The notes: generated from the letters alone by a model not told the origin. 63,409 nt of DNA, filler included, from Reticulomyxa filosa (GCA_000512085.1; 12 parts of 12 records of this genome joined end to end with filler, not necessarily neighbours in it); one strand, 5' to 3'; shown: positions 25,922 through 39,399, counted from the first letter of the whole stretch. Numbers and translations are program-made.

Positions 25922-26599
25922 AGGGAAAGACATTTCTGTGCCTTTTTGCCTTTTGTCTTGGGATTGTGACGGGATGTGATCTATAACCCCTCCTTCTTCT
26001 CCTCCTTGCTTCATTTCCACGGAAGGTCTTTTTGGTAGTCCAGGGATCGCCATTGGTGACAACTCGGAGGTGTTGGTCATCGTTGTCGTCGAACTCATCA
26101 TGGTTGCGTCAATTCGAATGGTCGGTCGCGCGAGGAGCTTCGGGGGTGCCATGTCATTCTCGTTGTACTTGGAGCCAACCAGGTCACTGTGTGGCGTCGC
26201 TTCTGTTTTCATTTCGCTGGGGAGCGCTGGCAGTGCCATTGTCACTGCCGTGGCCGCAGTCATCGATGGCATCATTGTCGTCGTCGTCGTCGTCGTCGCG
26301 CTCTGTCCGTAGTTGTGGCCAAGAGCAGAATTGAATGTAGGTCCGTTGTTGTAATTGTAATTGTAACCATAGTTATAATTGTAGTTGAAGTTATAATTGG
26401 AATTGCTATTTGCATTGGGATTCGTATTGAGATTTGGACTGGCATTGGATATTGGTATTGGCATTGGCATTGGCATTCGCATTGATATTGATATTATTGG
26501 TATTGTGATTGTGATTGTGATTGTGATTGTAATTGTGATTGTAATTGTGATTAATGTTCATGTTGTTGACATTGACATTAGTATTGATATTGGCATTGG
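23413..26599 (-). CDS. HAD-superfamily phosphatase (Swiss-Army-Knife HAD_SAK_2-like) with a very long low-complexity N-terminus, multi-exon, 5'-truncated
   Basis: LLFLDVDGVL (motif I), IVVSSSW (II), WAVLDDLP (IV) and FVHTDQLVGLS; poly-N/D/E/T tracts; that all pieces form one gene is inferred. Confidence 0.75.
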
Positions 26600-28705
26600 N
26601 NNNNNNNNNNNNNNNNNNNNNNNNNNNNNNNNNNNNNNNNNNNTTAATTAATTAANNNNNNNNNNNNNNNNNNNNNNNNNNNNNNNNNNNNNNNNNNNNT
26701 TTCTATACCAAGCTGATTTAAAAACGGTTCTAGTAATGTTAACAAAGAGTCTTGTTCATAATCCCTTAATCTGTGTTTAAAAAAGAAAATTATTTTGAAG
26801 AAATTTATCCTTTTTATTTGTCTCTAATGTTTTTTTTTAACTTTTTTTTTTTTATAAATCGTAAAACCGCATGTGTTTCGTCAGGACTTTGATTGCACAA
26901 TTTCCAAATCTTTTGGATGATGTTCGGTTGAATTTGTGGAAAGGATTTTTGAAGTTGTTCCATCTTTAAAAAAAAAAGGAGTGGTGATTGTTCAGCCCCC
27001 TTTGACTCTTTAAAGGGGCTTAATTTATGGAAAAAATCTGATTAAAAAAATTAATACACTTTTTTTTATTGTACTTTTTCCACTTTTGTCGTATGCGAAG
27101 GGGATCGCAGAACCGTGCGTAATTGAGCCGCTTTACTTGACCTTTTCATTGGAAATGAGCGTTTTTTTAAAATTAATATTGTTGTTTTCTCCCTTTTATT
27201 TTCATTAAAGAAAAAAAGACAACGGTTATTTCCTATCGCAAAAACAGGTACAAGACATGACGTAAAACTCAGTGCATTTTTTTTGAAATCATTAGCAACA
27301 TTGACAACATGTGCAGTCAAAACAAAACATAAAAACCTTCTGAAAGAAAACTTTCTCTACACAAACACGAAATCGTCATTGTAAAGATGTTGATAAAAAT
27401 ACCATTTTTGTCATAACTCACAAATGATACAATTTTATCTGTTTGTGTTTACCTAGAAGGACACTGTGTAGAGAAACTGTAAGTAATAACAGCATCAAAG
27501 ATAAAAATTAATTACTTTATTGTCTTTTGATGAAGAATATAAACATACATTAGGAATGAAATATGTAGTAATAACAATGAATGATAAATCAAACAATTAA
27601 AAAAAAAATACAATTAATAAATTCCAGGTAATCACAATTATCTACTTCGCTTTGGAAGAGATGAAGATTATTATAAATAAACACTTTTTAATGCCATCAA
27701 CTATATGTACTGATATTGTATCAGTTAAGTTTTTGATGTAATACTTAATCTGTTTCAAATATTCAATTCGAGAAAATGTTTCAAAATACCACATTTAAAA
27801 TTATTGAAGTTTATTTTGACAGCCAATAAACTTCGTAAAGACATCTATAAATATAATTATTTGTGGAACAATATATTGACAACATGTATCAATTGATGGA
27901 TTGTATATAATTTGATTGTGATAAAATAGAATCTTTTAAAGATTTTCCTAAAGTCCTTATCATTGATCCTTATCAAGATGAAAATATCCAAAGTCATATG
28001 GAATTATAGCACTAGGAAATAAAACTTTATGTAACAATAATGAAAGATTTTTGGCTATTGATTGACTACAAAGGATATGAATTATTATTATTTATTCATG
28101 AAAAAGTTATTGTATCGAAATACAAGAAAGGCTATCTATTCAAGAACATTTCTAGTTTATTTATTTCATAGATGAAATATTGTTTGATAATTTTTTTTTG
28201 AATATTTTTTTGCGTAAAATCAGTAATGACATTTATAGCATGGATAGAGAATTTATTTAAAGTGATTTCTCAAAGATAATATTACATTTTTTCAAATATA
28301 CAAAAAACTTGATAATGACTGATAAGTGATGTTTCAGAAGAAAAGTTTGAGACTATGTTTTTTGTAATAACAACTAAAACCTTTTTAGACAAAAAATTTC
28401 TTGATTTATCTATGTCTCATTCTCTTCATTTTTCAAACCTCTCAAAACGTTTCAGAAATAGCTTAAAATAATAAAGGCAAAATTCATTGTTTATTGAAAC
28501 CAGATTAAGTGATCTTTTTTTACTATTACTGTATCAAAAAAATCGCTATAAATAGTACATATATATACAGACCAAAAGCTATAAAAGTTCAAAATCCTAA
28601 GATATAACTGCTGTCAAATTGATTAGTTGGATGAAAAATTTCACTTAATTCACTCAAAAAATGCTAAATTAGTCAACAACTTTCTTTGTTTTTCGAAAAA
28701 TCATA

Positions 28706-29322
28706 CTACCCCCAAATACGAATAGGACCATTCGATGAACCATAACAAAAATAAAAACCACAATTACAATCTTTATTGCTTTTTCTTTTCTTTTCTGTAT
28801 TTGTTAATTGCAAAAATTTAAGTGATATTATTCCAATATCTTCTTCATCATTTCCTTTGATCACATACAATACATCCTTATTTGATCGAATATCCCAAAA
28901 ACAAATTGTATTATCATCTGATCCAGAACATATCACATTTGAAATACCACTAATTTCATTATTATCTGTTACAAATGGTGAATATTCGACAGTATTCACC
29001 CAATCTGAATGTATATTGAACACTTGAATTTGTTGACCAGATCGAACATCCCATAAGCGAACACTTTTATCACTTGATCCAGATAATATTGTATTTGCAC
29101 AACCAATATTTCCTAATTCATTTGATCCATATTTTACACAAGTTATATTTCCTGTATGTCCTTTAAAGTAAACTAATTGTTTAGCTGTTTCAATATCCCA
29201 TACACAAATCGTTCTATCGCATGATCCAGAGCAAATAGTGTATCCATTACCACCAATCACGCCAATGCTATTATTTTCGTTATTATTGCTTTGTAATGGT
29301 GAAATATCAACACACAAAACAC
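28706..29322 (-). CDS. WD40-repeat protein, 3' part
   Basis: GGNGYTICSGSCDRTICVWD, GHTGNITCV and SGSSDKSVRLWD repeats. Confidence 0.9.
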
Positions 29323-29422
29323 NNNNNNNNNNNNNNNNNNNNNNNNNNNNNNNNNNNNNNNNNNNNTTAATTAATTAANNNNNNNNNNNNNNNNNNNNNN
29401 NNNNNNNNNNNNNNNNNNNNNN

Positions 29423-29663
29423 ATCCAAAGAAAATGGACAACAGTTCGACTTTGACTCAGCAGCCAATAACACAATCCGCCGAATGCCATCCGAAGAAAA
29501 TGGACAACAGTTCGACTTTGACTCAACGGCCAATGATACAACCCGCCGAATGCCATTCAAAGAAAATGAACAACAAGATAATAGAGGGGAATACAAAATA
29601 AATAAACCATTGAGGTCATCCGAAAAAGTCCAACCAGAGGATTTTAGTGATAATAAATGCTGA
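29423..29663 (+). repeat. 66-bp tandem repeat (2 full units plus a partial one), probably the 3' end of a CDS with a 22-aa repeat
   Basis: Units start at 29423, 29489 and 29555; the frame SKENGQQFDFDSAANNTIRRMP/SEENGQQFDFDSTANDTTRRMP stays open to TGA at 29661-29663. Confidence 0.75.
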
Positions 29664-30529
29664 GGTCGTCTGCAATCCATTACAACACACGATCAAGCTT
29701 ATATTACTTTATATCGTGCAGAATAATACTGGGAAAAAAGAAACTTAATTCCAAAGACTTATAAAGCTGATATGATCAAAGCACTCTTTAAACAGTGTTA
29801 ATTTGCTGCATTTCTTTGCCCTTTTATGATGGACATCGAACGGGTCGTTTGGGCTTCACTTTCCAAAGAGTGTTTGCCTGTTTCCTCTTTAATGCTTTGC
29901 GAGAGCGTCCGAGGCTTTAGTTGTTTATTCAGTGTTTTGTTGATCCTTAATACTTTTTCATACGTTAATCCAACAATCTTGTGTATTGAGTATTGGCAAT
30001 CAAATTTTCTGTGTGCATATTCAATAACATTTTCAACAAAATGTTGCGAGTATTGGTGTTAGATATTTGAGCTAATCTTTTTTTTCACAACCAAATCGCA
30101 TTCGTCTCTTGCACAAATAATATTTAATCAATTTTCACTTAGCAAATTTTATTTGCTAATACTAGCGCCAATTTCCAGTAATAATACCACTATAACCAAC
30201 AGTATGGTATTTCAAAATGATTAGTATTGCATATCATAATTGTAAATGTTTTTTATTGTCAGTTTTATTTACGAAAACAATTGTAACACGATTACAAATT
30301 GTCAGGTGATGTGTTTGGTGTCAGTCTCGCTCCTTAATCGTTCAAATACAGTTTTAATCTATCTAAAATAATAGTTCAAGAATTTGCAAATTTACAATGA
30401 TTTTTATCCAATCGTCTTACAGAAGACAAAAATTTAACTTTTCATTGATTTTATATTCTTTTGAAAAGGTTAATTTATTTTTTGATAATGCCATTTTTGA
30501 ATAAATATTTGGGTCATAATTGATACTCT

Positions 30530-30753
30530 TGTGGGGAGTCTGCTGTGGAGAATCTGTACTAAATGTAATACGAAAGGAACTTAGTTCCAAAAAACAATTT
30601 CAATAAAAGGAAAGTAAATTAAAGAGAATTAATGACAAAAGGAAAGTAAGAAAAGACAAGGAAGTAAGAAGTAGTTAACTGAGGAAGTTTAACCAAAGGG
30701 AGCTCCTCAGTTCCATACAAGTTCAGCTATGTGTGATAAGGGCTTGCCCTACA
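30530..30753. mobile_element. Solo LTR, 224 bp
   Basis: TGTGGGG...CCCTACA termini (TG..CA, near-inverted), flanked on both sides by CTCT (4-bp TSD); related ends at 38823 and 50978. Confidence 0.8.
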
Positions 30754-31054
30754 CTCTTAATTTTGTAAGAACCTTTGATTTAATACTTTTAACTTGTTCA
30801 CACGAATCCAATGCCCTACTTTTTAACAATCTTTATTTATCTATATTTAAAATATTTTTTTTCTAAAGCAGCTAAATACCAATTCCTTGTAATGCCAATC
30901 TTTGAAAAAAAATCCACTAAATTTTTCGAGGAATATTCTATGCATTTTTGCGGCCAGCTTCACAGCAGAGAAATCACTTGACTGCGCACTTTCTTTTTAA
31001 AAAAACCTTGAAAAAAAAAGAAAAAGACGGAGCAAAACATTAAAATTAACATCA

Positions 31055-33532
31055 ATGTCTATCCCATTAATAGCATGTTGGCAGTATTTTGATAGTACCA
31101 AGAAATGGTGGCTTACTTATCCTGGATATATAAATGCGAAAATAGAAAGAGCGTACCAGAAAAAAGATGAAATAATAGTGATAGACAATAAGAGTGGGAT
31201 AGACTTTTTAACAATGTTACAAAAGCAATTGTTAAATCCGCACATTTCCAACCCGTCCGACGACTTACAGTAAGACATTATTATTTTTTTGTGTTTGTTG
31301 CGACTGGACGGACGATTATGTTTACGTGCCTCCCGCTGGGGTTTTTTATTTTTTTTAAAAAAACAAAATAAAAAAAAAAAAAAGGAATTCTTCGGAACAA
31401 TAGTACAATTGGACTTGCACAAGGGCATGGGTTATGTGACATTTCCAACGTATTTGAACGGAATAATCGCGCACACATTAAAAAAAAAAAGCACAAAAAA
31501 ATGGAACCTCTTTTGTTTCGCGTGAAAGATATATTGTGCACGGATATGTCACTGATTCACATTGACGGACGAGTAGAGTATGAGGTTGAGTATCGCATCA
31601 AAAAAATGAGCAAAGACAAAACGAAAGGACAAGAACAGGAAGAGTTGATTGAACTCGACGACGAAGAAGAAGAAGAAGAACAAGAAGAGCAAGTCGAAGA
31701 AGAAAAAAGAAAAGAAGAAGATACAGGAGTAGATGCAAATGTAGAAGAAGTCGAGAAAGAAAAAAGACATTAAAGCAACAGCTGAATGGTGAAACAGAAA
31801 AAGGGGAGAAAGAAGAAGAAGAAGAAGAAGAAGAAGAAGAAGAGAAAGAGAAGAAGGACTCTATGTTGTCACCACACCACCACGGCCATCACGATCACCA
31901 CGACAAGACCGGACAAGGAGTGTTGTATGCGGTGCGCCTGACCTTGTTCCGTGGGATGTACTATGAGACGGGTGAGACGCTAAGTCAGTCGATGCTGTTG
32001 AGCTACCACAAGAAGTCCAAAAAAGGCAAGTCCAAGAGCAAAGACAAAGACGAGTACAGACATGACAGCGAGCATAAACACAAGCATAAAGACAAGGATA
32101 GAGACAGATACGAAGCAAGCAAAGCCAAGAGCAAAGACAAGAGCAAAACCAAGAGCAAAGACAAAGACAAAAGCAAGAGCAAAAGCAAAGACAAAGATAA
32201 AGACAAAGGCAAGAATAAACGTAAAAATAAAGATAAAGACAAACACGAAAAAGAAAAAAAAAAAGGCAAAAAGAAAGGCAAGAGCAAAGACAAAGACAAA
32301 GAAAAAGAAAAAGATAAGACGGGAGCAACAGCGACGATAAGCAACGTGGAGGCAACAGCCATCGCCATGGCGTTGAAGAGGAAAAAGAAAAAAGCAAAGG
32401 CAAAGGCGAAGGCGAGGGCGAGACTGAAGGCCAACGCGATCGCCAGCGGTGGCACCATGACCACGTCGGCTATTTACGACAACGGCACCAAGCAAGCGCC
32501 CGATCAAGACGGCGACCAAAAATTTGCCACGAAAATGTCCAAGAACCGTCGTAAGAAAAATGTACACTTCAATGCATCGTCCAAGTCGCCCGCACCACCA
32601 TCATCATCACAATCGCAATCGCAATCGCAATCGCAATCGTATTCTTATCAATACCAATATAAAAAAAAAGACACTTCTACTACTACTGCTACTACTACTA
32701 CTACTGTTGCTCCTCCTCTTCCTCCTTCTTCTTTTTCTTCAAAGCTGCAATCGAAAGGGCCTTCACGAGCGTCTTCGCCTCCATTGCCCATTTCCACCAA
32801 GACAATGAAAAGTAGACCTGCTGAACTGACCTACCCCTCCAAGTTCAAAAAACCCAATGGCTTTCAAAATCGATTGAGTGACGATACCTTCATTTATGTT
32901 CCCAAAAAGCAGTTTAATTTTTTTTTTTTTTTTTTTTTAAAAAAAAATTATTTGTTTAATGTTTGAAGAATTGCGTTCTCACTCTCCTTTGTTCTTTCTC
33001 TGTCCGTTGGAAAACAATACAACACACTAAAATCTTGAAGAATGGATGCACAGAGGTCTCGAGACCGCACTCCTCAACCGTCGCGCTCGCCGATCCCCTC
33101 CCCTTCCTCCTCCTCCTCGTCGCTGCTGCGCAGAAAGGCGGCCAGCGAAACGAGCGTGGCGGTGGTGACGGCGGAGTCGACGTTGAGACCGCCCTTGTTG
33201 TTCATTGATGCCAAAAAAATGTCAGCCGACACAAACGTGTTGAAAGTGCCCGACCTCCCCAAAAGGGCCGCCAAGTCAGTCCCCACCGCCAAAGCGGCCA
33301 AGGCCAAGGACGAACAGGGCGACCAAGGCACCGCCGAAAAACGACCGTCGGACGAAGAGCGCTCAGGCGCTGGACTGGAACAAAAACAGACGTGGACAAA
33401 GATGCTGTGGCGACAGCAGTTGCTACAAAGAAGAAGACGAGATACAAGCCGAGGTACAAAAGAAACAAGCACAAATAGAAGAAGAAGATCAAGAAGAAGA
33501 AGAAGAAGAAGAAGAAGAAGAAGAAGAAGAAG
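31055..33532 (+). CDS. WWE-domain protein with acidic, Lys-rich and Ser/Pro-rich low-complexity regions, multi-exon, 3'-truncated
   Basis: WQYFDSTKKWWLTYPGYINAKIERAYQKK..IDFLTMLQ fits the WWE consensus; downstream ORFs join through introns and one A-run frameshift. Confidence 0.7.
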
Positions 33533-34553
33533 NNNNNNNNNNNNNNNNNNNNNNNNNNNNNNNNNNNNNNNNNNNNTTAATTAATTAANNNNNNNNNNNN
33601 NNNNNNNNNNNNNNNNNNNNNNNNNNNNNNNNTTTTTTTTTATTGATCACCTTCTAACCTTGACGAAATGTTCGAAACTCGATTAAAAATACAATGAAAA
33701 AATTTAAAAAACATTAAAAGATTTATAACTAACATTTCTGTAAAACAAAGAGCTTTTTTGAAATAAAGAAAGTACTTTTTTACTTTGAGTAGTTTGTATG
33801 AAGCAAGAAACTAATGTTTTATATATGACTTTTATCACAAAGTTTTGCTGTTTGTTTCTAAGTAATTATCTATAACTTAGACGAAAATTAAAGACTTTCT
33901 AATTAAAAAAAAAAGTGTTTTTCATGAAAAAATATATAAGGTAAGTGACCAATAAAATAATGATATTTTGTACTACATTAAACAGTAGTAAAATTAAAAT
34001 TAGATATTTATGTTTATATTAATAATGCATGTCTGTCTTGATCAAACTTGGTCGTTTGTTAGCAGACTTCACATTATATAATATAATAATTATCTAATTT
34101 TTTAAATTTTTTTTACAAAAATCATTATAAATAAAGTAATTTTAATTGAAATGTTTTCATTTCATTCAATATTTTATGCAATGATACAATTAAAGAAACG
34201 AATTTATTTATTAGACTGTATTTATTGACATCAACGAATACGAAAAAAAAATGCTTTTCAAAGCTTTACAAATTTCAATAACAACTGTTGAAGTTTTGAT
34301 AGTGCAAGTAAAAGCTATAAATACAACTTTTCCAAAATTTACAAAAATATGTAAAATGATATTTCGTTTCAGTTTTTTAATTTTTCAGGCTATTTGCATT
34401 ACGTCTTAGCGCAGAAAATGGCCAGAGCTGCAAAAGCGATTTGGATTACTTAAAAATGAAGAAGAAAAGACATCTAGCAAATCTATTTTGCGCGTCAAAG
34501 TTGTTGTTTTTTGAGGATTTTCGAAGTTGATAAAACGGAGCTCTTTTTGAACA

Positions 34554-36326
34554 ATGAAGAAGTCACTTTCGCCAAGCAACAAAAGATCACATTTTGATTG
34601 TTGTAATTTCCACTTGATTGTAATAATCGCGTGCTGCTTGGTGTGTGGCGTGTTAGTACTTGAATTTGAGATCTTGCTAGATATTTTCTCTTCCACAAAC
34701 GATTCAGGCAGTGTTGTCGGACCCTCGATCATCCAAGTTGTTGAGTTTGATTCAAAATCGACATCTTGGCAGCCTCAACAAGACAAAACTCCCATTGTCG
34801 TGACCGCTGTGGAATTGCCGCAGGTATCGCCCAAAAATTGGGAAGGATGTATTCCACCAGTGGGCTTCCCAGTGAAACCACTAGGAGCGTCTCAAGTGCC
34901 ATACGTGTGCCTAAACTTTGAGAACATCAACGGACTGTTGGGGAACTGTATGAGGAACAAGTCTATTTCAAATTGGCAACGTTGTGAGCCATGCATGCCA
35001 CCTAAGCACATGGAGACATTGCCGGAGTGGTTGGCGACAATGACAAGCACCGTAGTAAATAATGAATTGGAAAGTAGAAAGCAGCGTCGCCAAGAAATTT
35101 TGAACCTAATCAATTCCGGCAAACTTACGCCCTCTCCTCAAGGGATTTTGCTCATGACCCTAAATTGGGGATATAAACACCTGTTCTTGAATTGGTTCTG
35201 CGGGCTTGAGGCTGCAGGGATCCACGACATTCAACAAAACACTCTCATTGTCGCGTCAGACCCAGAGTCGCTTGCGCTAAGTAAGAATCGGTTAGGATTT
35301 TCTGCTGTTGTCAATTCGTCTTGGGTCGAGGGAAAATATGTAAAGTTACTTTGGGCGCGTGTATATGTGTATAATGTATATTTTTAATGAATGTTTAATG
35401 TTAAATGTGCTTGTATTTATGTACCTATCAATGCACCAATTGACAAAAAAAAAAAAAAAAAAAAAATATGTACGTACGTATTACTTCTTGGCTCCCCCCC
35501 CTCTCCTCTATTGAGACTACGTTTTTTTGTTTTTCACTCTTCTACCTTCGTTCCTTCCTGAAATTCTAAATAGTTTCTTTTTTTAAAAAAAAAAAAAAAA
35601 TTATTTGTACTGACGCATACGTAGGTGGAAAAAGAACCTCCCGAATATTTTGCACTTGGCGCTCATCGCTTTTTAGTGGCGTTCCAAATCATTTACACGG
35701 CAGATTTAATATCTTTAGGCTATGATGTGATTATGCAGGACGTAGATGTGGTTTGGTTGAAGGATATGCGTGAATATACCAAATATGGAAATCCAGACTA
35801 TGTGGATATCGCCATGTCCTTTGATAACCGGTTTGATCATGCTGGTCCTGGCAACAGCGGCTTTATCAAAATCAATAGCAACTGTAAGACAAAGATATTT
35901 ATGGATACACTCGTTGATTACATTGCACTATTGATAATTGGGAGATCTGACCAAATCATTTGGAATGTTTTCCTTCGCGAATACCAATTTCGATTGTTAC
36001 AGCTTCAAATTCTATCTGCTGAGGAGTTTGTTGGTGGATGGCAATGGTCGGAAATTTTAAAAAAAAAAACAACCAAAAAATTACCAAAAAGAGAAAATAT
36101 TTGGTTCATTCATGCCTCATGGACTGACGAGCATATTATGAAAATTCCTAAACTCAAACTTATCAATGCATGGTTTTTTGATGAAACATGTGAATATTTT
36201 GATCCCGGATATTTGCCTAAACAATCAACACAAGTTGTACATTCAGATGAAATATTTGACCCAAATACAGACTACAAATGGACATGGGCCGAATATGCAA
36301 AATCAGCGCGTGATAGTAAAAAATGA
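34554..36326 (+). CDS. Nucleotide-diphospho-sugar transferase (GT77/Nucleotid_trans-like), type II membrane protein, 2 exons
   Basis: N-terminal TM; NWGYKHLFLNW, LIVASD, LGYDVIMQDVDVVW (DxD), NSGF, DQIIWN and FIHASW motifs. Confidence 0.85.
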
Positions 36327-37094
36327 TCACTTTTTGTTAATTGCTTTATTTTTTTTTCCAAAAAAACTTTTCATGTCCTTTTTTTGCTTTCTTGTTTTAG
36401 TTATATCTGAAAAAAAATTTCAATCAGCTATTGTTTTACAAAGCATTGCACTCTTTTGATGAATAGTTGTTCGGGTTTAGAATTTTCTGAAGTCTCTTTT
36501 TTTCATATGCTAACACATCTTTCAGTACAGTTTATCCCTTAATAGTTGATTCATCAATTACTAATTTTGTCAATATGTTTTTATTTGAAGATATGTATTG
36601 TATTGACGCAATAAGATACCATGCATTTTGGAAATAGTCAAAATTTTCTCGGCAATGGCTTAATACATTTTGATTTCACAATTTGGGTTTGTTAATGCAC
36701 ATGTGTGAGCCACAACGTGAAAAATTACTGCTCCTTTTTTTTTGACTTAATTTGTTACTATGCATTCTTTCGTTATAGTTACACAAAAAACGATATCACA
36801 CTACAAAAAAAGTAAAAGAATAAATTATCAGCGCAGTTATAATATACGTCGTGTTTAAGAGCATAAATCGTGTGTAGGCATAAAACTTCACGAATGACAA
36901 ATGTTTGCTATCTTTAGAAACCAGGATTATAGTTCTGAAAACTTTCGATTGAAGACATATTTTAAAACCCAAAATTTGGGTTTGTTGTATTGAAAGAGCA
37001 AAAACGTTCTTACTGTCATTTACTATTTTGTTGCATTTAGAAGTGTATTAAATTGGAAAACGAAACAAAATAAAACAAAAAAAGCAAATGTGTA

Positions 37095-38349
37095 TCATGT
37101 GTAAACAATTCCTTTAAAATCTTTTGACAGTTTCTTTTCTTTAATCCTTTCTCCAGCTTTAATTAGATCCTCCATTTTTAGTACACATTCTTGTTTTTGT
37201 CGCAAACAGGCCAAGGATGCCGCTCTGTTTTACAAATCACGTCAAACTGTTGAAGTTATAAAAGAAAAGACGATCCAAAAAAAAAAACTTGAATTAACAT
37301 GTGAATTGTTGCCATGATATCTGTTTGTACAAAATCACTAAAGAGACGTCCCAAAGCTTCAAAATCAATATCCGAACTGACTGGCGCATTCGTGGGGATC
37401 AGTGATTTCCACAATTTAATGCGCATTCCCAGCAACGGCTGTTTAATGCGAAGGACAAAATTGAACAAATCGAGGAGATCTTTTTGAGTTTTATTTAAGC
37501 TGACGATATCTTTATGTTCTAATTCTCCATCGAAGATGAAAATGAAAGTGCTGGTAGTTCGTTTCAGTTGATGGATGACATAGCCTAGTGTGCCAAAGTC
37601 GAACATGGATTTACTAAACAGCAGCTCAAAGTTTCGAACAATGAACAGCGCGCCAGTGTTGACATCACTAAAAATTCTCTCCCAAGATACTTTATGACGA
37701 CTGCGATCGCCTCCAACGCTCAAGCTTCGATTGCCAGATATCAGCATTTCAGCACAACTGAACACCTTCATTGGTTTTCCACACTCATAGGCAATCGCCT
37801 CTGCGACACTGCTCTTTCCACATCCCGACGGACCTTTTTTTTTTTGCATCAATGAATATTCACAACAAGAATATCTCCATATGCATAAAAAGTGAAAAAA
37901 AAAAAAAAAATTTTTTTATCTCACCCATTAACAAAACACGGGTGCCAAGGTCTTTGAATCCCCATTGCCCTGTCAACACCTTCTTTGCCTTTAATAGCCC
38001 AATGATCTCTTGACACTGACTCATTGTGGCTTGTTCCAAAGACAAATCTCTCAATTTTATCCTCGGCAAGACGCGCTCGTCAAACCCGGTCAACTGAAGC
38101 TGGCCCATAATTTGCTGCTCGCAACTGCTCGTGAGATCGGCGTGTGTAATTTTCAATTGCTTTTTATCGCGCAGCAGCGCCATTTGCATCGCGCTTAGCA
38201 TCGCATTGCGAATAAAACCGCCTGTCAGTTCAAATTTCATTGCCAACTCCAATATATCCACGTCATCTGCCAAAGGCAAAGTAGAGGGGAAATGTTTCTC
38301 CCAAATTTTCTGACGTAAATGCATATCTGGTGGTGGAAACTCTACCACC
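37095..38349 (-). CDS. AAA+ ATPase, C-terminal part (lid of one AAA module plus a divergent second module), 5'-truncated
   Basis: VEFPPPD..RQKIW..ELTGGFIRNA lid; spliced LLMG/PSGCGKS Walker A; degenerate Walker B (LFIVRNFE). Confidence 0.85.
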
Positions 38350-38822
38350 TGTACTTATATATGTATATAAACGTACATGTACACACATATATATATATAT
38401 ATATATGTACATATATTCATCATATATGTACACNNNNNNNNNNNNNNNNNNNNNNNNNNNNNNNNNNNNNNNNNNNNTTAATTAATTAANNNNNNNNNNN
38501 NNNNNNNNNNNNNNNNNNNNNNNNNNNNNNNNNGGAAATATAGTCAGTTACAATAATGTAAATCATTCTCAATTTGATAAAATGAAGATTTTTAAAAATT
38601 GTTTGGTTACTTCTTCCTTGTAAAAAATATAAAAATAGTGTAAAACCATTCAAGTACAAAGGGTAAACTTTATGAAGATACTAAAGTTTCAAAAATTTTT
38701 AATTAAAGAAAAATTTTAGTTCTCAGCCGAGTAAATTATAACTTAAGGTGCAATCTTTCGCTATTGTAAATTTCTTTTTATCTATTTGTTCAGCCACCCT
38801 TTTGGGTTGATTAAAGTAATGA

Positions 38823-38872
38823 TGTGGGGTGTCTAGTATAGAGAGCTACACTAAATGTAATACGAAAAGGTT
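38823..38872. mobile_element. Fragment matching one end of the LTR family at 30530
   Basis: TGTGGGGTGTCT..CTAAATGTAATACGAAAAGG compared with TGTGGGGAGTCT..CTAAATGTAATACGAAAGG. Confidence 0.65.
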
Positions 38873-39399
38873 TTACTCGAATTTAGAGTGGCTTTCAGTA
38901 AAACAAAGCAAACTACTAAAAAAATTTTTTACTGGTAATTTTTTTTATACTAGTTGAAAATATCAGATGATTTGAAATGCGGATATGTCGACTACTAAAC
39001 GAGCCAAACGAAGATGCAAGGAAATTAGTACAACTATGAACAAAAATTGAGCAAATTTGTTACTAAATAAGCAAATAATTTAAAACCTTTGTGATAATTG
39101 TAAGAATCTTAAGTTTGTTATAATTTTAAATTGACCGGATAAATATAATGCAAAAGAATATTGCAAAATAACCAAAAAGTAACTTTGTCAATGGGAAGAA
39201 CATAAAGTCTGGAACCAGGACCTTCTGCTGCAAGTAAGACAGCTAACAAACTAAACTTTAATTTAGATAGCGAGTGCCCTTCATAAGCTATTTTTTCTAT
39301 AAACATATACATTTTATAAGTAAATGTTTTAATTTTTTAAAAAGATTATACTTTAAAAAAACAACTTAATTTTCTTTTTCTTTGGTTTCACATATCAAT

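Noticed and set aside
24773-26651. Many poly-Ile/Leu/Val 'membrane protein' ORFs on the plus strand
   Set aside because: Antisense or off-frame readings of triplet and hexamer repeats in the HAD gene
29423-29580. Possible CRISPR-like array
   Set aside because: Whole units are similar with no unique spacers, the period is 66 and the frame is open; eukaryotic context with no cas genes
31861-32567. Cys/Leu/Phe-rich minus-strand ORFs
   Set aside because: Antisense shadows of the Lys/Asp/Ser-rich exon
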